Positions 14,397-27,900 of a stretch of 64,000 bases of DNA are shown piece by piece. Numbering within the stretch: position 1 is the stretch's first letter; each line of letters begins with the position of its first letter. The translations under genes and the position numbers were made by a program. The notes below the pieces were generated by a model. That model did not search any database. It had not been told where the DNA came from and was given only the letters and a program-made list of their open reading frames with translations. Source of the DNA: Macrostomum lignano (lineage: Eukaryota); NCBI GenBank assembly GCA_002269645.1, contig NIVC01000217.1, positions 434,001 through 498,000 of the forward strand, written 5' to 3'.

Positions 14397-17300
14397 TTCT
14401 GCCTGTCTTTCAATCCCCCTTATACTTGCGCCTCTCCACTCCACAGACCCCCGACAACCGGCTGTGGAGCCACCCGGCCAACTGCAATCTGACATTTATG
14501 AATCTCAGCGCCAATTTCAGTCACAAAGAGAAGGTGAGCGATAGTGACTGTTTTTCTGAAATGCTCAAAAATCAAGATAACTGCATTTAAAAGTGGTAAA
14601 TAAATGTTTCATAATAAGCATAATTATTTGAGTCTATATGGGTATTGGAGTATCTGTATGGCTCTCTGTGTGTGTGCGTGTTTATTTCAATTTCTTATAA
14701 TTATTAGAAACTTTTAGAAAATTTTGAATCCCCGTTTTACTACGTACCATACTACTGCTGTGTCTATATGCGGTTTTCCATCATCTAATTTATTGTTCGA
14801 GTTTCAAAGTTGCTTATTTTCGTTTGATTTCCATCCAAGCCTGCCCCTACCAGAATTTTTATAGCTGCTATATTTGTTACTAATCTGTGCTTTAATTATC
14901 GCATATAATTTTGTAAGAAGCGACCGCTGAAGGCGGCTGAGAGCGATGAGCAGTTGCCGGTGTCCGACTCACCGGATGAACCTGACGCAGGCGCCGCGGC
15001 AGTCACGGCTAAGCCTAAGAAACGGGCAAAGGTATCTTCCAGCCGGTACTTCTGTGTTCCTAATTTCTCTCATTTCCTCCTGTCTACTCATGAGTAGTAG
15101 CATAGGGATTTATCCAGAGTATTGTCCGAATATATTATCATCTATCATTTTATCTGGACAAGGCATGAGTACACTTATTTTACTCCATCCAGAGTTCTGG
15201 TACTCACAATGTAATAAACTAAGTTTAATCCTTATTGTTGTTTTTCTATTAGAAATTAATCGTGTTGTCAAACCATATTTATTATACTCCAGTTTTTTTC
15301 TGAAACATTACGAGTTAAAGGTGCCTTTTCAGTTACTTATAGTAGCAATGGAAGCAAATCAGTCTACATTTTTTGAATCAATCGGTTTTTTTTTCAAATC
15401 ACAATTTTAGAGAACTCGAATTACCCGTGTATGCAGCTGAGCTTTAAAATTTCTTATTTTATTGTTTACCAGGGAGTTTCTCTCTATTTTCATAGTTTAT
15501 TCATTTACATTTTGGAGTTAAATATTGCATGCTAAATACGTGTGAGCCGTTCAGTGTTATGCAACAAGAAACCAACATGAGTAGTAAGAAAAATCTAATT
15601 CCAGAAAAAATCGCTGCTTAACAATAAATATTTAACAATTTCTGACTGGATTTTGTGTTTTAGCCATTACTTAAGCTTACTATGACTAATAGTAGCTTAT
15701 ATGTGCATAATTACGTTTTTTTGCAAAAACAGCTAAAACCTTGCTACACTATGTTGTTTGATATGGTTTATCATTTATAATTTTATTCTATTGTTGTGGC
15801 AAATAATAAAATATCTCACTAACTACATAGTTATGTGTGCGCTAACACTTTCACTGAGAAGCTTTTCTCTGAGTAAAGCAAGTGTACAAATGCCAGAGTT
15901 CAGTCTTTAAGTTGTTCGGCGATATGTATCGAAAGTAAATCTTTCTGAATCAAAGTCGAAAAAAAATGATTTATTTTTTAAACTAAAATTAATACAAAAG
16001 AGCAATCGTTTGCTCTTTTGTACATCTCCAGGAAGCAAAAAACTATTGCTTTAGTTGAAATTTGTTGAAGCCGATATGTATCGAAAGTAAACTTTACAAG
16101 TTAGAAAATATAAAAATCTATATTTTTAGACATTTAGATATAAAATTGCTATTGGACTCTGTTCGCCTCACTATTATTAGTTGTTTGTGTTGTAGCTTTA
16201 TTTCTTCTTTAGATAGATATATTAAATATTTATGTTTTGCTTCTCCTAGCCTAACAAGCACATTTTCCTTTGTCTTTATTCTATATTGTGTTCCAATTAG
16301 AATTGAGCCAAACAGCACACAATTTTGAAGCCATACGCGAAAAATTCTCGCGCGATGCTTTTAGACGTCTTGGTTTCGCTCGTGCGTTGGCTGCTCGTCT
16401 TGCGCCTGCGCCGGCGGGCGTCGACACGGGCGAAAGCGTCGGCGGTTTGGATCGGCAGGTTCCCTTGGAGACAACGGGCAGCCAATGCATTTAACGGATT
16501 TAAAGGTGTTGATTTTATCGCATTATGGCAGTGACTTTTAGCCGGCTCTGTCGTGAATCTTGAAATGGCGATTTCGCATTTCTTCTACCAATCTCCCTCT
16601 CGTTTCCTCGCTTTTGTTAGGCCTTTTAAATATTTATGTTGCAGACTAAATTTATCTAAATTAGCTTAGGAATATTTAAATTTAACATGTAACGTTTATT
16701 TTATCAATATAATACTAATGATACTACTAACGCTATTTTTTAACCAAAACTGTGTCAATTTTACCTCACTACTAATCAATACCGCATTGCGTACTACTTC
16801 TTTTAAGTAGTATGAGGAGCAACTTAGGAAGAAATTAAGCAGCGAATTTTAATCAGAAGGATATATTAGCAAAAATATCGCTTTAACAAGCACGTGATTT
16901 GGTGAGAGTGAAGCCAAAAAATACGCTTTTATACTAATTTTTGCAAACAGAACAATTTGCATCTATACTACTTATTTGCATACTACTGAACGGCTTTCGC
17001 TCTGTGTGCGTTTTAATGCGTGTACTTAAAAAAAAACAAGTAAAAACGACAGCTTTCTCTTTTCAAAATAGTTGTAAGTAGTATATTGCTTAAGTAGTGA
17101 CTGCTTTAAAGGGTTGCACGTTCAATATATAGTTAGTCAGATATTTGTTGCGGTTACCATGCCAACATAGCACAGCTTTTCCTTGGTAGATGATTTTCTT
17201 TCCTAAACAAATTTTTTTTATTCTAGTATTTTCAGGTCAAAGGTTTGAAGCTTCATTTATTAGTTTTACATACATTAATTTGCATGACTCTATGGCTGAT

Positions 17301-20300
17301 TGGTTTGATGTGGCACAGTTATGCAATACCAAAGGCTTGGCTACATTTTCCAGATCAGCCTCAAAGTGGAGGAGTCAGCTTGGTCGTCAAAGTTTCCGCT
17401 GGACACAGTTGGCCATGCTGGCACCGTGAAGTGCAAAGCGGACTCGCTGAGCTATCAGGTTGGCAGTTTTCTATTGTACAATTTTTTAATCCTTTTCTTC
17501 GACTTACTTAGACGTATCTGGTCACAATATCTTTTTTTACCATCTAATATTTGTCTAGGTCGGAGTCAACATATCGGTGGGTAGCAACGGCGTCACTAAG
17601 ATTGTCACCTTCATACCGTTCTTCTCCATTGTGAACAAGTCGCCTGTGAGTTGAGTTCAAAGTACATTGTGTTTTTAATATGGCCTAGTTAAGTTTGTAC
17701 CTGGGAAAATACAGTAGTAGTTGAGGCATTCAATTACCCACCCACCTCCCAGGCCATAGACACTCACCCCAATTCTCCTGGTCTCCTGGCCATAGACACT
17801 CGCCCTAATTCTCCTCGCCAGACACCCACCCCCTGGCCATAGACACTCAGCCCATAGACTACCACCCCCTGGCCATAGACATCCAGCCCATAGACTACCA
17901 CACCCTGGCCATAGACACCCAGCCCATAGACTACCACTCCCTGGCCATAGACACCCAGCCCATAGACTACCACTCCCTGGCCATAGACACCCAGCCCATA
18001 GACTACCACTCCCTGGCCATAGACACCCAGCCCATAGACTACCACCCCTGGCCATAGACACCCAGCCCATAGACTACCACACCCTGGCCATAGACACCCA
18101 GCCCATAGACTACCACACCCTGGCCATAGACACCCAGCCCATAGACTACCACCCCTGGCCATAGATACCCAGTCCATAGACTACCACCATCTGGCCATAG
18201 ATACCCAGCCCATAGACAACCATCCCGCTGGCCATAAGCACTACAATTCAGTCACGCTTTCATTTCCAATTCTGCAGCTTCGCCTAGAAATCAGCGAATG
18301 CGCTCCACCAGTGAAGGGCAGCTCAGCCAGCCTGCAGAACATCGCCAGTCTGGCCAACAAAGGCTACGTTCAAGTGCCCTGCTGGGACGCTACCCCGTTC
18401 TGGCCAGTGTGCGATATCGAGAAGAAAAAGATGACTATGCAGGTGAGTATCACGTCTACATACCTATTGGGCGTATGCCTGTTTAAGCAGGCTAAAATGG
18501 GGTGTCTCTTCTAGAGTTGTATCATTTCGAATGAATTAGGGCCCGTGTCTATGGCCAGGGGAGGTCTATGAGTAGAATGTGTCTATCGGGGTGTGTGTCT
18601 ATAGCCACAGGGAGTGGGTTGGCTGTCTATGGCCAGAAAGGTGGGGTGGTTTTTTATGGCCAGAGAGGTGGGGTGGTTGTCTATGGCCAGAGAGGTGGGG
18701 TGGTTGTCTATGGCCAGGGAGGTAGGTTGGGTGTCTATGGCCAGTGAGGTAGGTTTGGTTTCTATGGCCAGGGAGGTAGGTTTGGTGTCTATGGCCAGGG
18801 AGGTAGGTTGGGTGTCTATGGCCAGGGAGGTAGGTTGGGTGTCTATGGCCAGGGAGGTAGGTTTGGTGTCTATGGCCAGGGAGGTAGGTTGGGTGTCTAT
18901 GGCCAGAAAGGTGTTTGGGTGTCTATGGCTAGGGAGGTAGGTTGGGTATCTATGGTCAGGGAGGTAGGTTGGGTGTCTATGGCTAGGGAGGTAGGTTTGG
19001 TATCAATGGCCAGGGAGGTAGGTTTGGTATCTATGGTCAGGGAGGTAGGTTTGGTATCTATGGTCAGGGAGGTAGGTTGGGTGTCTATGGCCAGGGAGGT
19101 AGGTTTGGTGTCTATGGCCAGGGAGGTAGGTTGGGTGTCTATGGCCAGGGAGGTAGGTTTGGTATCTATGGTCAGGGAGGTAGGTTGGGTATCTATGGTC
19201 AGGGAGGTAGGTTGGGTATCTATGGTCAGGGAGGTAGGTTGGGTGTCTATGGCCAGGGAGGTAGGTTTGGTATCTATGGTCAGGGAGGTAGGTTGGGTGT
19301 CTATGGCCAATGAGGTAGGTTGGGTGTCTATGGCCAATGAGGTAGGTTGGGTGTCTATGGCCAGGGAGGTAGGTTTGGTGTCTATGGCCAGGGAGGTAGG
19401 TTTGGTGTCTATGGCCAGGGAGGTAGGTTGGGTGTCTATGGCCAGGGAGGTAGGTTTGGTATCTATGGCCAGGGAGGTAGGTTTGGTATCTATGGTCAGG
19501 GAGGTAGGTTTGGTATCTATGGTCAGGGAGGTAGGTTGGGTGTCTATGGCCAGGGAGGTAGGTTTGGTGTCTATGGCCAGGGAGGTAGGTTGGGTGTCTA
19601 TGGCCAGGGAGGTAGGTTTGGTATCTATGGTCAGGGAGGTAGGTTGGGTATCTATGGTCAGGGAGGTAGGTTGGGTATCTATGGTCAGGGAGGTAGGTTG
19701 GGTGTCTATGGCCAGGGAGGTAGGTTTGGTATCTATGGTCAGGGAGGTAGGTTGGGTGTCTATGGCCAATGAGGTAGGTTGGGTGTCTATGGCCAATGAG
19801 GTAGGTTGGGTGTCTATGGCCAGGGAGGTAGGTTTGGTGTCTATGGCCAGGGAGGTAGGTTTGGTGTCTATGGCCAGGGAGGTAGGTTGGGTGTCTATGG
19901 CCAGGGAGGTAGGTTTGGTATCTATGGTCAGGGAGGTAGGTTTGGTATCTATGGTCAGGGAGGTAGGTTTGGTATCTATGGTCAGGGAGGTAGGTTGGGT
20001 GTCTATGGCCAATGAGGTAGGTTGAGTGTCTATGGCCAAGGAGGTAGGTTGGGTGTCTATGGCCAATGAGGTAGGTTGGGTGTCTATGGCCAAGGAGGTA
20101 GGTTGGGTGTCTATGGCCAGGGAGGTAGGTTGAGTGTCTATGGCCAATGAGGTAGGTTGGGTGTCTATGGCCAGGGAGGTAGGTTTGGTGTCTATGGCCA
20201 GGGAGGTAGGTTGGGTGTCTATGGCCAGAGAGGTAGGTTTGGTGTCTTGTCTATGGCCAGGAGATTGGTTTGAGTGTCTATGGCCCGGGGGCATTGGGGT

Positions 20301-23300
20301 GAGTGTCTGGCCAGGGCCATTGAGGTGAGTGTCCATGGCCAGGGGAGTTGTTTGTGCGATCATTCACGCAAACTGTTTTAATCCAAATCTTCTGCGCAGA
20401 TTCGAGTAGACGAAGTCGAGGTGACGGAGCCGTTCCCCATCACCGACTCGTGCTCATCCATGCTGCGTCTGACTGGCGAAGCCGCCAAATACGGCGGCGT
20501 ACTGGCCGAGGTTGCCTTCGCTCAGGAGGCCTGCGTGGTCACCCTGCAGCAGTACCAGCCCGGGTTCGCGCCTCTGCACCTGGTCAACGCCTTGCCGGCT
20601 GATAAATTCCCATGCGTTGAGCTGCGACAGGTTGGAGTGGAAAATTCCACGCTGCGTCTGAACTCTGGCAGCTGCGTGCTGTACAGTTGGCCCGACCCCA
20701 AGCAGGACAGAGTGCTGGAGTGGTCGTGCGGCCAGGTGAGCGCTGTACAATGCCTTATGTACACTCTCTGATGTACATTCTTAAATAAACATTCCTCATC
20801 AATTTACACTGGTGAATGTACACTCTCCAGTGTACAATTACTGATGTACACTCCCCAATGTACACTCCTCGATTTACACTTCTTAATGTACATGCCTCAC
20901 TGTACACTTCTTGATGTACACTCCCCAATGTACACTCCTCAGTGTACACTTCCCGGTGTACACTCCTATGGACATTCCTCAGTGTACAACTGCCCGATTT
21001 ACATTGGTGATTGTACGCTCCCCAATGTACACTACCTAATGTAAACTCCCTAATGTACCCTCCCCAATGTACACGCCACACTGTACACTCCCCAATGTAC
21101 ACTCTACAATGTACACTCCGCAATGTACACTACAATGTACACTCTACAATGTACACTCCACAATGTACACTCCCCAATGTACACTCCCTGCAGTTCCGCG
21201 CCACCTGCCGCACGGTGGACAGCTACGAGAAGGGCAGCCCGACCGGTGCGAAAGCCGAGGACAGCCAGCCAGACGCCCTGGTGTACGCCGTCTGCTTTCT
21301 CAGCGGCTGCCAGCGAGTACTGCTGTTCTCAAACGATGTCAATCTGTCCTGCTCAGCTCGCCTGGCCACCCTGTTCGAGCGCATCGACTACGAGTTCAAG
21401 GTGTCGCTAATGAGCATCGGTCTCTCTCTGGTTGACAACAAACAGTCTCGCGAGGTGGCCTACATCTCGCTGCGCTCTCCCGGAGTGCAGTGGTACGAAA
21501 CTCGCAAGTCCGGACTGCTCAAACCGATGAAGAAGGGACTGTCGGATTCGCTGGAAATTATTCATAATCGATATATGCAACAGGTTAGTAATAGATCTAC
21601 GAGTCACGATATGTTGTGTAGTAGATGTTTCTAAGCAACATTTAATTATGACATCATCGATGCTTTATATCAATGAAAATATAGTTAACGAATTTTAATT
21701 TAAGATCCCTCATAGTACGTTGACTGTTTGACTTCGTAGGCATTGGCATAGGTATAGAGATTGATCCAATACAATAGTTGCCGATATGTTTTGTAGGTAA
21801 TGTTTTGAAGCAGTAAACTTGAGTGTAATATCGGGTTTATTTTTACTGCTTTAAAACATTGACTACGAAACATATCGGTAGTTTGGTTCTAAATCAACAT
21901 TCTTAAAGTGTTAGCAGTTAACAGGGAGTTTTGGAGAATTAATTCGCCGGCTTCTCGCGGAATCGAACCCGAGTCCTCCGTCAATTAACCACTGAGCTAC
22001 TCTTTTGGCTAGCTTCTTAAATTCGACGATTATTTTCTTTGTAGGTCTACTAACAGTAAGTTAAAAGCAAGTAGCAGCAAAAATTATTTACACATGTCTA
22101 TTCAATAAAACAGGTGGAATTGAAGAAAAATCCGCAGCCGCGCATACTGGAGCGAGCCAACGACACTGAGATTGAGATCGACTTCAGCCAGCAGCCGTTC
22201 CGCCTGCGCAAGCCCAAGGACTGCCACGTTGAGCGGCAGCTGGACCCGGCGCTGCAGTTCAGCTTCAAGTCTTCGCCGCATAACATGACTCTGGCGGCCA
22301 AGCTGGCCAGGCTGCAAATTGACTCCATGCTGCCTGCCGGCATGTACCAGATCTTCTTCTACCAGGTGAGAATGTCAACTGTATTAAAGTACATCTGGTT
22401 CTTTCTAAAGTTTAAATATTTTCGCCTGGCACCCATTTTACAGCTGGGTGAACTGAAGAAATGCAGAGTTAAGTGTCTTGCTCAAGGACACAAATTTTTC
22501 CGATTGGGTCGGGAATCGAACCCCCGATCTTCCAGTTTTGAGTCCGACGCTCTAGAATCGTAAAAGAGTCGCAACTTTCTATGAGTACTAACTCAAGTAG
22601 ACAAAATTGATTTGTTGATTGATTGATTGATTTGGGAGGTTACCGTTTTCATTTAACTCACTTTCCCTCCCAGGTGCCGCCTCCAAAGTCTGTAGCGGTC
22701 GACCAGGTGCCCAAAGCTTTCATCGACGCGTCGATTGTGATTCGCCGATTAGAGAACGACGTCCTGCAGGTGCAGTACTGCAAGGTGCTGGTCCAAGAGA
22801 TGGAGATCAAGCTGGACCAGGTGTTCCTCAACGGCCTGCTAGACATGATCAGCGTGTTGGTCACTCCGTCTGTCCAGGAGACTCGCCAGAATTTCCTCAC
22901 CGACTGCGACTTTGTTGAAGCCTCGCTGGTGAGCGAGCAGCTGGCCAACCTGTCCGACAGCGGCAAGAAGCACTTCATCGACCAGCTGCACCTGTCGCCG
23001 ATTAAAATCAATTTGAGCTTCTCGCTCAGCTCAGCGGATGGCAACTCAAATCCATTTGTCAGCTTGGCAATCGCCACTGTGCTTGGTAGCGTGGCGAGGT
23101 GCTCGGATGTCCTGTTCCAGCTGAGCTGCCTGCACCGGGAGAACACCGCCTACTCAACTGCACAGCTCATGGCTGAGGTGAGACTTTGATTAGAATCTAT
23201 AAACTAGATGAAATTTTGATCAAGTTAGGGTGAGATTCTGATCTAAGTAGGATGAGATTTTAGGATGAGATTTTAATAAGAGGTAGGATGAGATTTTGGT

Positions 23301-24888
23301 AGACTTAAATGTGAGATTTTGATAAACCTGATTTGAGATTTTGATAAACCTGATGTGAGATTTTGATCAAATTAGGGTCAGATTTCGATTGACTAATATG
23401 AGAGCTTGATTAAAATAGGGTGAGATTTTGATTTAACTAGGATGAGATTTGGATTAATTTAGGGTTAGATTTGATCGGATTGGGATGAGATTTTGATCAA
23501 ATTAGGGTGAGATTTCGATTGACTAATATGAAAGCTTGATCAAAATAGGATGAGATTTTGATCAAATTGGGATGAGATTTTTGATCAAATTAGGATGAGA
23601 TTTTTGATCAAATTAGGATGAGATTTTTATCAGATTGGGATGAGATTTTGATCAGATTGGGATGAGATTTTGATCAGATTGGGATGAGATTTTGATCAGA
23701 TTGGGATGAGATTTTGATCAAATTGGGATGAGATTTTTGATCAAATTAGGATGAGATTTTGGTCAGATTAGGGTGAGATTTTTATCATATGTTGTGGTGG
23801 CATTTTAATTAACTTTACGTTTAGGTTTTACCAGCAGCAGAAAAAATCCATTAAAATTCTACTGTAAGTAGTTTAAAAGCACCATATTCTCTATTTTTAA
23901 ACCCTCACTTCCAGGTGAAGCGGCACTACATCCGACAGTTTGCCGGCCAGCTCTACAAGGTGTTTCTCAGCATCGACCTGATTGGCAACCCGCTCAGCGT
24001 GATCGGCGGCCTCCGCTCCGGTGCTCAGGACTTCTTCTATGAGCCCATTGCTGGCGCCATTCAGGTGCGCATGACACTCAGTTTAGCGCCAATTCTGACA
24101 CTCAGTTTAGCGCCAATTCTGACACACTCAGTTTAGCGCCAATTCTGACACACTCAGTTTAGCGCCGATTCTGACACACTCAACAGTTGAGTGCCAGTTT
24201 TGGCACTCAGTTTAGCGCCAATTCTGACACAATCAGTTTAGCGCCAATTCTGACACACTCAGTTTAGCGCCAATTCTGACACACTCAATTTAGCGCCAAT
24301 TCTGACACAATCAGTTTAGCGCCAATTCTGACACAATCAGTTGAGCGCCAATTCTGACACACTCAGTTTAGCGCCAATTCTGACACACTCAATTTAGCGC
24401 CAATTCTGACACAATCAGTTTAGCGCCAATTCTGACACAATCAGTTGAGCGCCAATTCTAACACACTCAGTTTAGCGCCAATTCTGACACACTCAATTTT
24501 GAAGCCAGAAAAACCCTACCGATATGTATCGAAAAGCAATTTTTTATTTCACTACATTGCAGGGCCCTGAAGAATTCGTTGAAGGCGTGTACTCCGGCAT
24601 GAAGTCATTTGTCGGCCACACAGTCGGCGGCGTGTCCGGTTTCCTGCAGCGAATGACCGGCACGGTCGGCCACCTGGCAGCTATCGCTTCGTTCGACTCG
24701 AAGTATCAGCGCCGCAGGGAGGCGCACATTCGAGCTCGGGCCAACTACGGCACCGGCAGCAACATGGCCAAGGCGGCGCAGAACCTCGGCCTGGGCTTCG
24801 TGCAGGGCATCTCCGGGATCGTCACCCAGCCGTACGAGGGCGGCAAGGAGGGCGGAGCTGTGGGCTTCTTCTCGGGTGAGTCTGGTAT

Positions 24889-24978
<90 letters not shown>

Positions 24979-27900
24979 GCGCTCTGATGTGCCAGCGGCC
25001 CAGGCTCGATTCCAAGTGCCACACAGTATATAGCATTAATTTTTTTTTTGGGGGGGGGCTTAATTGAAATCTCGGCTTGGCTCTGCTCGACAAATAAAGT
25101 TAAGGGCCACTGTACACTCCTCTAGCCGGTTGTGCGCCAGTGTGACGAATGGAGGCTTAATTAAAGGGTAGGAATTAAGTGTACGTGACAGTCCTGGGTA
25201 GATATTAAATCGATGATGTAGTGACAATTGATCACTAGATTAATAAGTAGACATAGATGTTATAAGCTAGACACGAAGGTCGATAAGTATACTTGGCGAT
25301 ACTTTGTATACTCATAAACTCATACATTTATGACTTAGGACTCTAGTTTCGCATACTAGAACTAAACAGGTTGATATATGAGCTAATTTACTCCACACAA
25401 ATTTGCCTTTACCTATATTTAACTATCTTTCTGTATATCTTGCTGTCACCAATGCACGATATTACACATTGTACAGATCGCTCTATCAACAAACTGCACC
25501 CCTCGCCTTTTACCGCACCGACCACCCCCCCCCCTCTCAGTACAGTCGTTCGGGTGCACGAGTGTACGAGAGTTATGCGCTATTTTATTATCAACCTTAA
25601 ATACTCGTACAACCAACTGGGGGGTTGAAGGTCGAGGGTGATAGGGAGAGAGCGAGAGAGAGAAAGAGAGAGAGACAGTGGACGACGCTCTGCTATAAGA
25701 CGCGACTCTGTTTATTGTAGCAAAGCTTTACACTATACTAAAGAAATAAATGCCAAAGTTAAAGGCCAGTCATATATTATACATATATTTCTACATTATC
25801 GAACGGCTTGGAGTTCATGTCGTCATCCTCCTCCGTCTGTCCGTTCGCTTCGCTGCTGTTTGTCTATCGGCACAGCGCCGTACGCAGCGAAGCGGACGAT
25901 CTACGCGACGCGATTTTGCTGTTCCATCCAGCTGAGACGGCGTTGGATACGCAGTGCCTTCTAGCTGGCCAGCTGATGGGTCTGACTGGTTTTGTTCGAT
26001 CAACTCTGCTCACTCAGCCTGTAGCTTTTGAGCTGGACAGCCTGCGTGTTGCTTCAGTGCATTGCGGTGATTTAACCCTGTGCGTTGCAGCTCCCGGCGT
26101 TGGCGGTGAGGCGACCATCTGCGAAGCTGCTCGCGGTCTGCACCGAGCCTTCCAGTTCTATTGCGGCCCGCTCGCTCTGGCGTTTCATTCAGCTGCGCGA
26201 CACTCGCCAGAGCTTCAGGCCCGACTTGAATGGCTGTCTGGCCGGCTGCTTGAGTTGTTCTGTCCGACCGATTGTCCGCCAGCTCTGCTGCAGATGGCTT
26301 CCGGTCACGTGACCGGATTCCCGCTCATGCCGACGCGGCAGCAGCAGCAGCAGCAGAAGCAAGCCGGTCTACGTCGGAAGCGCGACTTTGCTCGACTCCT
26401 CCTAGCCGCTGACTGCCTCGCCGATCGCCTCATCAACTGTTGCAACTCCGACGTCGCATCGACGTCCGCCTCCATTTTCGCTTTCCCCGCCATCTCGCAG
26501 GCGTCATCTCGCCGTCGGCAGGTGGTTCTTGGCTGCGCCATCTTCGTGTCCGGTCAGTTGTTGACCTCGGTGAACCTGCCAGCGTCGGTCTGTACCGCCT
26601 TGTCGATTCTTGCCGATGCTGAACACGCCGCAACACTGCCCATGTCAGAGGCGATGTTTCGCATCGATCTGCAGCTCAAAGATGAAGACGACAAAGATCT
26701 GTCGATTTTTGCGTTTCACTCCTTTGTCTCGTCTGATGAAGATTGGAACTCCCGCGCAGAGTTGGATGCGGACAGTGCTCAGAACGGCTGCTCAGGCCGC
26801 TGCGGTGGGCCTTCATTGGTGCCCCGGCTTACTAGCCTCTGTAGAGAGGCGCTGCTCGCTTATAGATTTCAAGAGATCATTAGCCTTGACCATTCTGGTG
26901 CGCCAGTTCGGCGCCTAAAATGCCTTGTGTGGCGCCGGCGCCAGAACGACATCTGCATTGTGGCGCTCGCCGCCGCCTCGGCCTGCCTCGCCTGCGTGCG
27001 CCGAGTAGCCGAGCCGCTCCTGTCACCGAGCCAGCTGCGACCCCTGACTGACGCTCTTGCCGCTGCTGACGCTGCAGAAGCCTCAACTTCTGCACCTGAG
27101 ATTCAGCCTCCTGCACCTCCTACTCTGCTGCTCCGCTGTCCGCCGCTGCTCCTGACCGCCTCCTCAACCGACGTCGCTCGCCGATTTCCCTCCACCGATA
27201 GCGTCGAGTCCTCGGCAGCCGGCCTCGCCGTTGAGTTGACTTCGCCCAGCCTTGGCGGCGAATTTGCCGCCCTGTCGATTCGCGTCGACGGTCGGCTTTG
27301 CGTCTCCGCTGCCCGCTCGGCTGGAATGCTCAGCATCTCCGACAAGGTCGACTTGACCGTCCCGGACGGCAGTCCCGCGGCGGCCGCTGCCGTCTCTTTC
27401 TTTGACGAATCTGCCGCCGTCTCAGCAGCTTCAGTGGCTGGTCAACGAAGACTTCTGGGCGCGTCGATCGCTGCCACGCCGACGACGCTTCTGCCGAGAT
27501 TTGCGCACCTTGGCGCCGCGGGCGTCAGCAGCGGGCTCAACATGCTGCAAGTGCCGAGCAAGCCGCGACGCACACGCAGCCTCATCGGCGGTTGGCGACC
27601 GTCCTCGCGCGGTTTTTGACCTCTATTTGAGCCCGCATGACCGCCATGTGACCTCTGTTGGATGATATGCTTTGGAATTCTATCAAGCCCCTATGATCTT
27701 CATTTGGTCCTAATGTGACCTCTATTTGTCCCCAAGCTTTGACGAGTCTAGTTAGCCCTTGTAACTTTGTTAGTCATTATTTGATTATTCTTCTTGATAT
27801 TCTATAGCGCTGTACACATGCCGAAAACAATATTTACTCTTCTGAACTGACTACATGTTCATAATGACCAAGTTCGACATAAGATGTTCTTTAGTGATTT

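Noticed and set aside
21946-22000. Functional tRNA gene
   Set aside because: A and B boxes are present, but there is no anticodon arm or full acceptor stem.
21740-22055. Micro-exon-like AG/GT pairs at 21740-21751 (12 nt) and 22045-22055 (11 nt)
   Set aside because: The first gives an in-frame TAG and the second shifts the frame; the flanking VPS13 exons join well without them.
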